Position numbers and translations under genes: made by a program. A stretch of 64,000 nucleotides of DNA from Methanobacteriota archaeon (GTDB taxonomy: Archaea > Halobacteriota > Bog-38 > Methanoflorentales > Methanoflorentaceae), in NCBI GenBank assembly GCA_963720465.1, contig OY970393.1, forward strand, positions 1,856,001 to 1,920,000. Reading direction: 5' to 3'. This document shows positions 50,776 to 60,962 of this stretch, one piece after another. Under the pieces are notes generated by a model, which did no database searches, had not been told where the DNA came from, and saw only the letters and a program-made list of their open reading frames with translations. Position 1 is the stretch's first letter. Every line of letters begins with the position of its first letter.

Positions 50776-51966
50776 TTGAAAAAAGCCTGTGTCCTCACTA
50801 ATGGCTGTCCGGAGAACCAGTTAGATTCTGCCCGTGTAAAGACTTATTTAGAAGAAAATGGTTGGCAAATAGTAGATAACGTTAAAGATGCTGACATTAT
50901 TCTATTCAATGCCTGTGGCTTGACTGAATCCTCAGCGTTAAATTCGATTCATTCTATTCATAATATTAAGAAACACATAAAAGGTAACCAGCGATTGATT
51001 GTTTGGGGATGCCTACCAAAAATTGACCCTGAAATGCTTTTCCAAACTCATCAAGAGCTCTCCTTTGGAGAAAGAGAAGTCGATAAGCTGGACGAAGTAA
51101 TTACGGCTACAAAATCGATAAATGAAGTAAGTGTCAACGAAATTTGCCAGCCGGTACATAAAGAAGGTACTTGGCATCGCCTTACTAAAATCGATCGTTT
51201 GCCTGTTACATTTGCTAATCTATTGTATCAAAGGTTAACAAAGAAAGATTTGTATAGAAGCAGCGATTCTTCAATCTTTTACATTAAGATAGCGACTGGT
51301 TGTTTAGGAAATTGTTCATATTGTGCGGTAAAGAAATCCCGAGGCAACGTTAAAAGCAAACCCATTGATGAGGTAATGGATGAATTCAAGGCCGGGCTTA
51401 GTCTTGGTTTCAAAGAATTTAGCCTAATGGGAACAGACTTGGGACCATATGGTAGAGACCTCGGCTACAATCTGGCAGACCTTATCACCAAGATGGTAAA
51501 TGAAAAAGGCGATTTTAAAATTGGCTTGCGTAATATCCATCCCCTATTTCTAAAACAGATGATTAACGATTTAGTTCCAGCTTTTGCTACAGGAAAGATA
51601 TGGTTTACCGGGGTTGCTGTTGAGTCCGGAAGCGACCGAATTTTAAAACTGATGAAGCGGGGCTATGGTGTTGGTGATTTCAAAGAAGGCATCCAACGAC
51701 TGAAAAAGGCACATCCGGACCTATTCATTTCCACTCAGATTATGGTAAATTTCCCAACCGAAACAAAGAACGATTTTGCTGAGTCCATGAACCTTTTCGA
51801 AGAATCTAATTTCGACTTTACCGAAATCTACTCATTTTCACCACGCCCGGGTACCTCTGCTGCAGACATGGAAGGTAGAGTTCCTGGCAGAGTAGCCTAC
51901 TTCCGGGAATTAAGAATGGTCACTAAAGCCTTATCCCACGCTATCTCTGATAGATTATTCACTTGA
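50776..51966 (+). CDS. Radical SAM methylthiotransferase-family protein (MiaB/MtaB/RimO-like) lacking the TRAM domain
   Basis: UPF0004 Cys triad (GCPEN, NAC, WGCL), CLGNCSYC, ESGSDRILKLMKR, FPTET, FSPRPGT; ends before a TRAM domain. Confidence 0.88.
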   Translation: MKKACVLTNGCPENQLDSARVKTYLEENGWQIVDNVKDADIILFNACGLTESSALNSIHSIHNIKKHIKGNQRLIVWGCLPKIDPEMLFQTHQELSFGEREVDKLDEVITATKSINEVSVNEICQPVHKEGTWHRLTKIDRLPVTFANLLYQRLTKKDLYRSSDSSIFYIKIATGCLGNCSYCAVKKSRGNVKSKPIDEVMDEFKAGLSLGFKEFSLMGTDLGPYGRDLGYNLADLITKMVNEKGDFKIGLRNIHPLFLKQMINDLVPAFATGKIWFTGVAVESGSDRILKLMKRGYGVGDFKEGIQRLKKAHPDLFISTQIMVNFPTETKNDFAESMNLFEESNFDFTEIYSFSPRPGTSAADMEGRVPGRVAYFRELRMVTKALSHAISDRLFT

Positions 51967-52232
51967 GACCATAATAAGTGCTGAAAATATACATGTAGCT
52001 TAGCTGCGACTTATGCGCCATTTTTGACACAATGACGAATTAGTCGGTTTCGCAACACTTTTTGCGGTGTGTTATCGCTGTCAACTGCCGCAGTTTTAAA
52101 CAAACCGGGGTTGGGTCCCCTTCTTAAGCACAAAAAATGTTAAAATCTTAGGTGATTCGTTAGCGTTGTAGAAGAAGGGTATAGCGGGCCGGAAATCGAA
52201 AAAAGAACTAGATGAAAGCCTTAAAGATGCAT

Positions 52233-52433
52233 CTATGGGCCTTTGGCTTTCATTTCTTTTCTGTTCTCGTAAACTTCGGTCGCTATGAATACAAGAACCA
52301 TGACGAGCAGTGACAATACTGCTAAATCTGCTAAAATGTGGTTGTATTCAGCGCTTGTCGTCAACACGCCCGTTGCAAATGGAAAGACGGCTGCGAGCAT
52401 GCCAAAAAACCAGGCCAGAAGTCTTACAACCAC
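52233..52433 (-). CDS. Small 2-TM hypothetical protein
   Basis: Hydrophobic ORF immediately downstream of 52446..53063. Confidence 0.45.
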   Translation of the reverse strand: MVVRLLAWFFGMLAAVFPFATGVLTTSAEYNHILADLAVLSLLVMVLVFIATEVYENRKEMKAKGP

Positions 52434-52445
52434 AATTAAGCCCTA

Positions 52446-53063
52446 CTACGGCTTCTGGTCCCACCATCGTGCCCGAACCACTGCGCGATACCCCGATAGA
52501 ATCCCGATCAAGAGGCCCAAAACGAGTCCGAGGGCGACACCTTTAGTTGACGCAAAATAGGAGAAGAAGTACGTGCCAAATATCGCTGTGCCCACCGCCG
52601 TACCGATGGCGCTAAAGATCATACCCATCTTTCTCGTGCTCCCGGCAAGTGTCCCGGCAACGACGCCTGCGATGAGTCCAACTACTGCGCCGATACGCGC
52701 GCCGTCGATTATCCCTAACGTACCGCCAAAGGTGACACCGTAACGGGTAAATGCGATCCACGCGGCGGCCGCCCCCAAGACGCTGTAAAATATCGTGTGA
52801 AATGCCGCTGACCAGTGTCGGGGATGTAGTACCAGCCCAATGAGTGCGCCCAGGACCCCGCCGATGATGCCGCCGACGTACAGCCCGGCGAGAGCGCCGA
52901 ATACCCAAAAACCTATGACGCCCGCAATCCAGCTCAGGATCACGCTCACGATGAGGTAGAGTATGAGTTCGAAGACGCCGCCGAGAATGGCGCCCAGCAC
53001 GAGACCTGCCACTAGTCCGAGTATGAGGGCAATAAGGGCTCCACCAAGAGTTCTGCGTGGCAT
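52446..53063 (-). CDS. Glycine-zipper-rich multi-TM protein
   Basis: Repeated GxxxG helices. Confidence 0.7.
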   Translation of the reverse strand: MPRRTLGGALIALILGLVAGLVLGAILGGVFELILYLIVSVILSWIAGVIGFWVFGALAGLYVGGIIGGVLGALIGLVLHPRHWSAAFHTIFYSVLGAAAAWIAFTRYGVTFGGTLGIIDGARIGAVVGLIAGVVAGTLAGSTRKMGMIFSAIGTAVGTAIFGTYFFSYFASTKGVALGLVLGLLIGILSGYRAVVRARWWDQKP

Positions 53064-53492
53064 GCGACTCTCCCATCTGCCTTAGCGCTCGTATGGGTTT
53101 TTAAGCGTTCTGCTTTGGCGATATGATTTTGCATTTAAGAAATAAACGAGTTAGTTAGCCCGCAGTCGATCCAAAGAACGCTTGCGCGTGGAGCGACAAA
53201 CTGCTCACGCTTGGGTGTACGCGTCACGGCGAAAAAAAATCAAAAAGTAGTAAGCTATTTCTTTGACTGTTTGGCTAGCAGATTAGAAGGCCGAAAGAAA
53301 AGAAAGATAAGGATAATTTCTATAGGGCAAGCGGATATATCGCAAGAAAAAAATAGCTAACGTTTCCTCCTCTGCTCAAGATGCCATTTCGCCAACCTGG
53401 GCGCTCCGGCAGTAATCAATCGGCCGATTCTAATTAAGGGATTCGTGCAGCCGCTCCTGTCGAATGTTTCTTTATAAAGTAAATGTTCTTGA

Positions 53493-54257
53493 TCATTTAT
53501 ACAGAACGATATTCTCGGCCGTGTTTTTCCAGAGGTTCGTCTTGAGTTTATCCACAGTAAAGGGTGCGCCGTGTGCAGGAAAAATCCGGCGCCCGCCCGC
53601 CGCAATGACCTTTTCCCAACTTTTATAATAGGCATCCATATCGGTGATAAAAATCACGCAATACTTCGTCCCTGCAAACCGAAGGAAGTTTGACGCCGCG
53701 TCCCCGATCAGACAGTCGCCGTCGTCAAACAGGATGGAAACGGAGTCAACGGTATGCCCAGGCGTTTCGATGATTGTGCCGTCGAGCGGGATTCCGATTT
53801 CCCGCAGACCAGTGTCTCCGGTAACGACGATGTCGCAGTCACGCAGCTGATAAGGCGGAAACGTAAAGAGTTTCCCTTTTGCTATCACCTTTTTGAGAAG
53901 CAGCGAGATATAGAGCCGCCTTAGTTGAAGCAGAAGGACAACCCGCCTGTTCAAAAAACCCCCGCCGTGCGTGCGGTCGTTTTCTCCCGTCAGGATGAGC
54001 TCTGTGCAAAGCTGCGACATCACCACCCGAACTGAGTCATTCTCCCGCAAAATGTGATGTACCAATCCGCAATGATCGTCGTGGTGATGGGTCAGAATAA
54101 TATGACTGATTTGAACCAGCTCCACACCGGCTTTGTTCAGTCTTGTGCGGAACACATCCCAATCGTCTTCATAGCCGGTATCGACCAGGACATAGTGATC
54201 TCCGGCCTTAACCAAGAAGCAGTTTGTCACACTGAGCTTTAATGGAATCATATTCAT
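53493..54257 (-). CDS. MBL-fold metallo-hydrolase
   Basis: LVDTG, THHHDDH, TPGHT, GD, PAHG motifs. Confidence 0.9.
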   Translation of the reverse strand: MNMIPLKLSVTNCFLVKAGDHYVLVDTGYEDDWDVFRTRLNKAGVELVQISHIILTHHHDDHCGLVHHILRENDSVRVVMSQLCTELILTGENDRTHGGGFLNRRVVLLLQLRRLYISLLLKKVIAKGKLFTFPPYQLRDCDIVVTGDTGLREIGIPLDGTIIETPGHTVDSVSILFDDGDCLIGDAASNFLRFAGTKYCVIFITDMDAYYKSWEKVIAAGGRRIFPAHGAPFTVDKLKTNLWKNTAENIVLYK

Positions 54258-54279
54258 GATCCTGTCAATGCCCGCCCAT

Positions 54280-54528
54280 TCAATCGGCCCGTCTCATGGC
54301 CCACGGGACCCACAGTACGGTCACTATCACCCCAGCCGCGACGAGCGACAGCAAGAAAACCGCTATGTTTTGGACAATGCTAAAACTGGTCGCGTAATAG
54401 AATAACCATAGTGCTAAGAAGAGAAGCCATCCGAAGGCCACGACGATAGAAGCATAAACTCTTTTGCTTGGTGGCTGTGCCGGTGGTTTTTTCCGTCGCT
54501 CGTGTGCTGTTGGTGGCGTTTCTGCCAT
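54280..54528 (-). CDS. Small 2-TM membrane protein (paralog of 19104..19319)
   Basis: Shared WL.FLALWLFYYA..QNI..WVPWAM. Confidence 0.75.
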   Translation of the reverse strand: MAETPPTAHERRKKPPAQPPSKRVYASIVVAFGWLLFLALWLFYYATSFSIVQNIAVFLLSLVAAGVIVTVLWVPWAMRRAD

Positions 54529-55235
54529 TATTTTCGCCTCCTACGGAGTAAGCGCTCGATAAGCGGTCACCCATGAACTTAAATGTGCTGCTCTAACTTT
54601 GATAGCCAATCAGCGAGAGACAGCCGGGCGCTGCTGTGAGCTTTTCTGAGTGCAGGATGGGTCACAGAAACCCGGAAATGCTTACAGCAATGAAGAACTA
54701 CGATTTAGGGTGCTCGACAAGCGAACGGGAGATCACATCTGAAATGCAGTGATTAGCGCGGAGCACGGGTTCGCCGAACAACGAGACGGTATTTGAGGTA
54801 GGCCAGACAGCGAGCCCTGCCCCTGCTAATGTGCAGCCTAAACAATCGGCATATGGAGCAATGCACCATCAGATTTAACGGTTCCGATTCGATTTTTTAC
54901 TTCTTTTGGAAATTGGAGTCGAAATAAAGGTTCTTTACCGCGGTAGGGGGGATATTTTTTCGTGAGCGCTGCATTCTGCGACTTTTTGAGAGGCAGCATC
55001 ACGCCGCAAACGCCTCCACTGGAACCGATGAGTGAGAAACGCTTAATAAACCACTATACGGAATCTCCTTGTTTTACTTTCCGATGTCGACCATCGCTGG
55101 GTGTCTCAATGGCATCGATCGCGGCTGTCTGCCGCCAGTAGACTCTGGACCGCCTCTGCGAGGGGCATCTTACCGGCGCTGTCAACGTTCGCTTCACGTG
55201 CGGAGGGAGGGCGTCGTGCTGGTATCTAATCCTTT

Positions 55236-55625
55236 TTAGCTGAAGGCCAGCCTTAAAAAAACCACTGCCCCAGCGATGAGCAGCAGAAGCGCAACAATCA
55301 CGAATGTCAGCCACTGCCGTTGCCGGCCGCTCCATGAGGCGATGCGTTCCCTGATCCTTTGCTGCCAGCTCGGCGCCATCAGGCCTGCTTCTATGTGAGT
55401 GCCAGCACGGACCGTTACAGGCACGCCCTCAGCATTTGCGCGCTTCACGTGCTCGTCTTTGCACGGCTCACAGCACGGGACGGTCATAGCGTCGTCAGGC
55501 AAGACACCAGTGTACAACGCCGTGCTTTCGCAGTTGGGGCTTACCGGCTTCTCGCACGTTCCCTGTGCTTCGATCGGCGCATCAGCGTGTGCCCCATCGA
55601 GCGTATTGGGTGCAGTTTCGCTCAT
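55236..55625 (-). CDS. Cys-containing protein with a C-terminal TM anchor
   Basis: C..C..CCEPC cluster; C-terminal hydrophobic helix; GAGGAG RBS. Confidence 0.55.
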   Translation of the reverse strand: MSETAPNTLDGAHADAPIEAQGTCEKPVSPNCESTALYTGVLPDDAMTVPCCEPCKDEHVKRANAEGVPVTVRAGTHIEAGLMAPSWQQRIRERIASWSGRQRQWLTFVIVALLLLIAGAVVFLRLAFS

Positions 55626-55884
55626 CTCCTCTCTCCGTGTCCGCATCTGCGCGACAAGCCTAGTAGTCGCTAGTCAGATATCTAGTCTCGCACGGTCTCC
55701 GATGGCCGCATGAGGTCGGCGTTTCCCGTTTCGGCGACTCGGGGCGCGATCCGCTCCGACGTGGCAATGCAAAGTTCGTATCGGGTAAAACGCTGCGGAT
55801 TTGCGCTTTTTGAAGCTCAGCATTGGAAGCGGTAGATCGCTGCGATTTACTCAGCGAAACTCTTAAATATGATGATATCTTATA

Positions 55885-55902
55885 ATATATCTTTAGATAT
55901 AT
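55885..55902. promoter_or_regulatory. Putative PadR autoregulatory operator ATATATCT-TT-AGATATAT
   Basis: Perfect 8-bp inverted repeat between a TTAAATA box and the ATG. Confidence 0.6.
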
Positions 55903-55913
55903 CAGAGGATTAA

Positions 55914-56441
55914 ATGAGCTACAAAACGTATGAAAACCCGTGTGGACCGTGGCACAACGTGCCGCATTTCTACAAAGCTTGGTTCAAACACCCAAGACGA
56001 GAACACGGACACGTGAAATATCTCGTCCTACTCGCCCTACAAGAACAGCCTCTCAACGGCTACGAAATCATCAAAGCTATCGAAAACAAGCACGGCCGCG
56101 CGCCGGGTCCCGCAGTGGTCTACCCGACACTGCAGCTCCTCGAAGACCAGGGCTACGTAAGGTCGAGCGAACACGAAAACAAGAAGGTGTACGCACTTAC
56201 CGACGAGGGCAAAAAGTGCCTTGAAGAAAACCGTGGGCGGATCGATCAGCTCACCGCAAGCCTGGGGCAACCCAACTGGAATTCACTTCCTGGAATCGGT
56301 AAACGCGTTGCTTCGCTCGCTGGCACCATTTTTTCAAACTGCACCTACCTCGACGATGCTAAAACCAAGCAAATTGAGGATCTGCTCGACGAGACACGAA
56401 AGCGCGTTGGCGACATCATTTTCGAAAATCAAGCAGGTTAA
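55914..56441 (+). CDS. PadR family transcriptional regulator
   Basis: LVLLALQEQPLNGYEII..PGPAVVYPTLQLLEDQGYV..KKVYALTDEG. Confidence 0.92.
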   Translation: MSYKTYENPCGPWHNVPHFYKAWFKHPRREHGHVKYLVLLALQEQPLNGYEIIKAIENKHGRAPGPAVVYPTLQLLEDQGYVRSSEHENKKVYALTDEGKKCLEENRGRIDQLTASLGQPNWNSLPGIGKRVASLAGTIFSNCTYLDDAKTKQIEDLLDETRKRVGDIIFENQAG

Positions 56442-56451
56442 AGAGGTCAAT

Positions 56452-56555
56452 TCCATTGCCACAGCCACAGCCATTTCCACAGCCACAGCCAGTTCCACAG
56501 CCATTTCCACAGCCATTGCCACAGCCACAGCCATTTCCACAGCCACAGCCACAAC
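56452..56555 (+). repeat. Degenerate hexamer microsatellite (CACAGC/CATTTC/CATTGC)n encoding (His-x)n in the padR frame
   Basis: Seen directly in the sequence. Confidence 0.85.
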
Positions 56556-57210
56556 CGTGAGCACGAGTACAGAGGCAAGCGCCCTCTATTGACGCACCAA
56601 CATCGAGCAGTCTCGATCGAGTGAGCAGGCGCGGAGCTACTGCCTTGATGACACGACATCAGGCAGTTGCTTTCCGTTAATCACGCAGCCGTTCAAGCTC
56701 GGGCCACAAAGTCTATTCGTCGTGTTTCCGGGTAAGCTGTCACCGGTTTGTCGTGAGGCACGAGCATCGACCTGCATGTGTCATTTGTAAGAGACGTTCG
56801 TCTCTGAATTGTTGGCTGCCGTCAATAGCAACGGCAGCAGCTTAGTCACGTGTAAAATATTATAAAATTAAATGAATAGCAAACTCAATCGTGCATCCCT
56901 CCAGCATTGGTGAGTCCGAACGGCGAATGCCCCTTCACTACGCTGCTGATGCGCACGACAACGCTGCATCCAGGAGGCAACCGCTATGGACTGTCCTGAA
57001 TATATGGTAAAGTTTTGGTCAACTTTTGGTCAACTTTTTTGCCCAGCCGCTTATAGTTGAGCTCGGCACGCACCACCACGTTCAACGAGCGACGCTCAGC
57101 TTGCTCTTGCTCGATCGCTTCTGACTACGAAGCTTAAACTCTGACAACGCGTGTGGTGCCTGTCGATAAAAGTGCGCGTGCATGCGAACAGCTCGCGCGA
57201 TTGATGAACC

Positions 57211-57729
57211 CTAAGTTTGGGCGGCGTGCGAAACGTCTTTTTGGAAGGGCAGCCGGTTCTTGACGAATATAATCACAGCCAGCGCCAGAGACGTCACCGC
57301 GATGCCGAGCAATTCGCTTTGCATGAATAAGGCAGGGTGCTCAGGAATTAGTACCAGAGAGCTGTGAGCAATGATTAACTCGTACGTGAAGCCAAAGGTG
57401 GTCGCTGAAAGCGGATAGAACAGAGGGACGCCAGCGCCCGTGAACAGGTCAAGCAACAGGTGTGAAAGCAGGTAGAAGGTCGCGATCAGTGCCACGTTAA
57501 ATAAAACTTCATTCTTTTCCCGGAAGCGCGCGTACAACGCAATGCTGATGGTGGGCACGAAGATGAAGACGTTGTGCAAAAGTAGACGGTGGAAAGGAGG
57601 CACCAAATGATCTAAATCTGGAAACACCGCCAGGGGAGACAACAGAAGGACATAGTTTCGGTACTTCTTCTCCCAAAACAGCCAGAGCAGCGAAGTGGCA
57701 ACGATGAGGTGAGTGATCGGATCCGGCAT
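57211..57729 (-). CDS. YdjM-like membrane-bound metal-dependent hydrolase
   Basis: ITH, PDLDH, HRLLLH, SHLLLD, LFYPL motifs. Confidence 0.85.
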   Translation of the reverse strand: MPDPITHLIVATSLLWLFWEKKYRNYVLLLSPLAVFPDLDHLVPPFHRLLLHNVFIFVPTISIALYARFREKNEVLFNVALIATFYLLSHLLLDLFTGAGVPLFYPLSATTFGFTYELIIAHSSLVLIPEHPALFMQSELLGIAVTSLALAVIIFVKNRLPFQKDVSHAAQT

Positions 57730-57968
57730 TGTAGACGCTGCTTCTCGCAGTGGTTTCACTAGGACGTAGCTCTTAGCTTTGGCACTGCCAGTTTAAATAC
57801 TTCCTCGTGGGCTACTGCGGAGCGTTGCGTCGCTGGCGGCGTAGTCTCGCGCATCATTCAGGCGCCCGTTTTACTCCCAAGCATTGGTGAGACGACTTAA
57901 AAACCGGAGCGCTGAAGTTTGGGTCACACTGCGGCGACGTTCGCGTGAACACTGCCAGAACCGCCCGA

Positions 57969-59042
57969 TCACCTATGACGTCGAACGGCCTCCTCCATCC
58001 ATTCTCGTGCGTGCAATTCATTGGTGAGGAGCCTCACATCATTGCCCTCAATCTCAGCCATGCAGGCCGCGAAAACCACCATTATGTCGTCAATGTGTGC
58101 GTGAGGGCGCAATGGATCGATAAAGAAGACCACGACGTGGCATCGATCGAACAGAATCTCTGTCGCGACCTCTATATCGCCGCCCTTGGGCCCGGTCAGA
58201 TATCGCCTGATGGTCCCCCCGTCGCGCAGCGTTCTGCAGGCGTTTTCGACTTCTTCACCCGTACGGCCAGTTGTCAAGACACGATTGAACTTACAAAGCT
58301 CATCCTGGTACTGAATGGCAAAATCGATCATGCGCTGTTTCATCTCGTCGTGGGCGATAAGTGCGATCGTTTGGTCTTCAAACCGAGCAAAAAACGCCGA
58401 GTCGCGGGCGCGGTGTGGTATGCTTACTTCGTCGTATGCGTTTCCGTTCCTTCGTGCCGCGACAGGCCACGCGCCATCGCGTTCGCGTGAGCCCAGCCGT
58501 ACCTTGAGCGGCGATTTCGGCGCCTTCTGGGGGTTTCTTTTGACGTCTCGTGCAGCTTCGTTCGTGAACCAGTCTTTCACCGAACCGGCGTTCACGAGGC
58601 GCTTAACGTCCCAAAGGTCACTGAGTCGGTTCAGCGCACGATATTCAGGGCTCAGCCAGTGGGTTGTAATCGGGCTCAGGAACGACCACACGATGCTGCA
58701 CTGGCGCTCCACAATCGTGTTCGCAAGAATTGTTAGGCCGCACTTCTTTCGATCAGGGAGAACGGTGATGCCGCACTCCTGCAATAGGAACTCTCGCACG
58801 TCGTCCCTCATCGGCTGTAACCGTTCGGTCTGCAACGGCTTTGGATCAGCCTCTCCCAACACGACGCGGTTGAATGTGCCGCCCGTGAAAAGAAAATGGA
58901 ACTCTCTCAACGTTTCTCGATTATCGTCGTTATCATACAGTTCGTGGAATACCTGAACGAGATCGTTGTTCTTCTTAATGCTGTCGAAGCCAGCTAGGAC
59001 CGCGATAAGTGTCTTGAGTCCTCCACGATTATCTTCCATCAT
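57969..59042 (-). CDS. Tandem MGS-domain protein; C-terminal domain methylglyoxal synthase-like
   Basis: ALIAHDEMK, TTGRTG, GPKGGD, FFIDP..H..D, LLTN; degenerate N-terminal copy. Confidence 0.8.
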   Translation of the reverse strand: MMEDNRGGLKTLIAVLAGFDSIKKNNDLVQVFHELYDNDDNRETLREFHFLFTGGTFNRVVLGEADPKPLQTERLQPMRDDVREFLLQECGITVLPDRKKCGLTILANTIVERQCSIVWSFLSPITTHWLSPEYRALNRLSDLWDVKRLVNAGSVKDWFTNEAARDVKRNPQKAPKSPLKVRLGSRERDGAWPVAARRNGNAYDEVSIPHRARDSAFFARFEDQTIALIAHDEMKQRMIDFAIQYQDELCKFNRVLTTGRTGEEVENACRTLRDGGTIRRYLTGPKGGDIEVATEILFDRCHVVVFFIDPLRPHAHIDDIMVVFAACMAEIEGNDVRLLTNELHAREWMEEAVRRHR

Positions 59043-59282
59043 TCACCTCAAAATAGCCGCACTCGCTTTTTTTACCAATATGGGCACTACGCAGGCGGCC
59101 TGATATGCGTTACTTCAATTTTCCGTGCCCTGGATTGCCATTCTGGAGCGTGCTGCTGAGTGTTCACGGGCTCACTCACTCGCAACCGCACTGAATCATG
59201 ATGCGAAGCGGGCTTCAGTCTTTCGCGTCGATCATTGTGAAATAGTTAAGTTTGTAGAGAATACAAGAAGATATAGAGGCCC

Positions 59283-59522
59283 ATGTTCAAGAGGAACCGT
59301 CCGCGAGTAGAAAACACGAATGAGAACTACGCGAAGTGCTTGTGCTACACAGAACGCTGTCCGACGTACAATCAAAGCAGTCTTACGGGCGGACTGTTCT
59401 GCGCACGAGGTAGAAGCGAAAAGACCCTTGAAAAAAAGGGATGTGTGTGCCCTTCTTGTCCGGTTTGGGCCGAATGTAAGTTGAACGGTGTATTCTTTTG
59501 CGCGTACGGCGCCGCTCAGTGA
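59283..59522 (+). CDS. DUF2769 family Cys-rich protein
   Basis: CLC..CPTY..LFCARGRS..GCVCPSCPV..FFC. Confidence 0.8.
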   Translation: MFKRNRPRVENTNENYAKCLCYTERCPTYNQSSLTGGLFCARGRSEKTLEKKGCVCPSCPVWAECKLNGVFFCAYGAAQ

Positions 59523-59585
59523 CGCTCTTTCCACGTCGAACGGGGCGGTTAAAGGTCGTAGATAACTCTCCCCCGCCCGCGAAAA

Positions 59586-60026
59586 TCAAACTACTTTTTC
59601 AACGAGTTTCACTGCATCCCGGACAAACGCAGGACACCGTGCCATCACGACTTTGTTCTTCTTCACCTCCGCAACCTGTTGCGGGTCTGACAGGTTGTAC
59701 CCGAGCAGGCCCGTGCAGGCTACCGAGCCATGCCGAGATTTAAATTCCCGAAGAAACTCACGGACCACCGCGTAGGTTTTTTCTTTCGCTGCGGTGTCAT
59801 CAGCCCGTATCCTCCCGTATCGCAGCCCGATCACCATGACCGCACCAGAGAGAGCCCCACAAATATCATCCGTGTAAGCGATCCCGGCACCAAATCCCTG
59901 CGAGATGCGAAGTGCCAGATCTCGATCGAGCCCGAAGTCTTCTGCAAAGACCGAAAGCACGGCCTGTGAACAGGTGAACCCCTCCTGAAAGAGGGTAACT
60001 GCATCGTTTGCCTTTGTCATAGCCAC
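59586..60026 (-). CDS. C_GCAxxG_C_C family putative redox protein
   Basis: GFTCSQAV, ICGALSG, HGSVAC..LLG, C motifs. Confidence 0.9.
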   Translation of the reverse strand: MAMTKANDAVTLFQEGFTCSQAVLSVFAEDFGLDRDLALRISQGFGAGIAYTDDICGALSGAVMVIGLRYGRIRADDTAAKEKTYAVVREFLREFKSRHGSVACTGLLGYNLSDPQQVAEVKKNKVVMARCPAFVRDAVKLVEKVV

Positions 60027-60539
60027 CAGTCATGCAGGAGCGGCAATAATCCTATTGTTCTATCGGGTGAAAAAAAGCGGTCAATGCTTCAGACGCAGTG
60101 AGAGGCGCTTTTTTCTGTCAAAGCTCTGTGCTCATATTATATATTCCGCGCCTATGATGCACCCCGCGCCTATCGTAGCGTTAAAAGGGGCCGGAGCCTC
60201 AGAATTGACCCCGGCAGTTTGCTACACCACTGCCCGCAAGGAGAAACGTTCGTGGTGTTGCGGAAATAAAGAAGCGGGGGGCGATATAAGTGTTTTTCCC
60301 TGCTGGCGTCGCGGTTTGCAAGATCGCTTGCGAGCATTTTCGCCACGAACCTTCATACAAAAAGATCCGACGGCTGCCACAAAGCCATAGATATGTCAAA
60401 ACAGGAGACGTGTAAACACGATCCAAAAAAGCTTGCGATATCGGCGTTCGAAGTGCATGAAGAATGAGGCGGCTAATTGCTGGCAGCCAACGAACAAGCG
60501 CAAAGAGCTGCCGAACGCGTGGACACAACGAGCAGGCAA

Positions 60540-60962
60540 CTACGTGTGAACCGTCTTATCGCCCACGAAGTAGAGCGCCGCAACGAGAATGGCAGTCGCA
60601 AGCAAGATGACCGCAAAGTCTTGTAAGGCGGTGGGCTGATACCCGAAGACGATGATATCTCGTATCATCGCTGTGAGACCTGCGCCGAGAAGCAGCCCCA
60701 AACTGATGGATCTGGTCTTCATATAGCCGACGACCGTCATCAGCAGCTCGAGCGCGATTATCGCTGCGATAAGCGCGTTTAGTCCGATTATCGGGGTATC
60801 GGTGACGAAATAGCTCACGATGTTGTCGACCTCTCCAGCGAGTGCGACAAGAGCGATGACAACGAGCAATACCCCGACTGCGCCGTACAGTATCAGCTCG
60901 GCGCCCTCAAAAACCTGCACCATCCTCTCGGGCGCTCTTCTTTGGGGCGGTTCAGCATCCAT
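60540..60962 (-). CDS. Phosphate-starvation-inducible PsiE-like membrane protein
   Basis: Four TM helices; LELLMTV..Y, GLTAMIRDII motifs. Confidence 0.75.
   Translation of the reverse strand: MDAEPPQRRAPERMVQVFEGAELILYGAVGVLLVVIALVALAGEVDNIVSYFVTDTPIIGLNALIAAIIALELLMTVVGYMKTRSISLGLLLGAGLTAMIRDIIVFGYQPTALQDFAVILLATAILVAALYFVGDKTVHT

Noticed and set aside
56334-56659. Trp-Leu, Val-Ala, Thr-Ala or Gly-Cys (RiPP/metallothionein-like) ORFs over the hexamer repeat
   Set aside because: These are alternative frames of the same microsatellite. The minus-strand GCGCGN frame has no ATG/GTG/TTG after its upstream stop and no modifying enzyme nearby, so the His frame continuous with padR is preferred; the Gly-Cys reading is not strictly excluded
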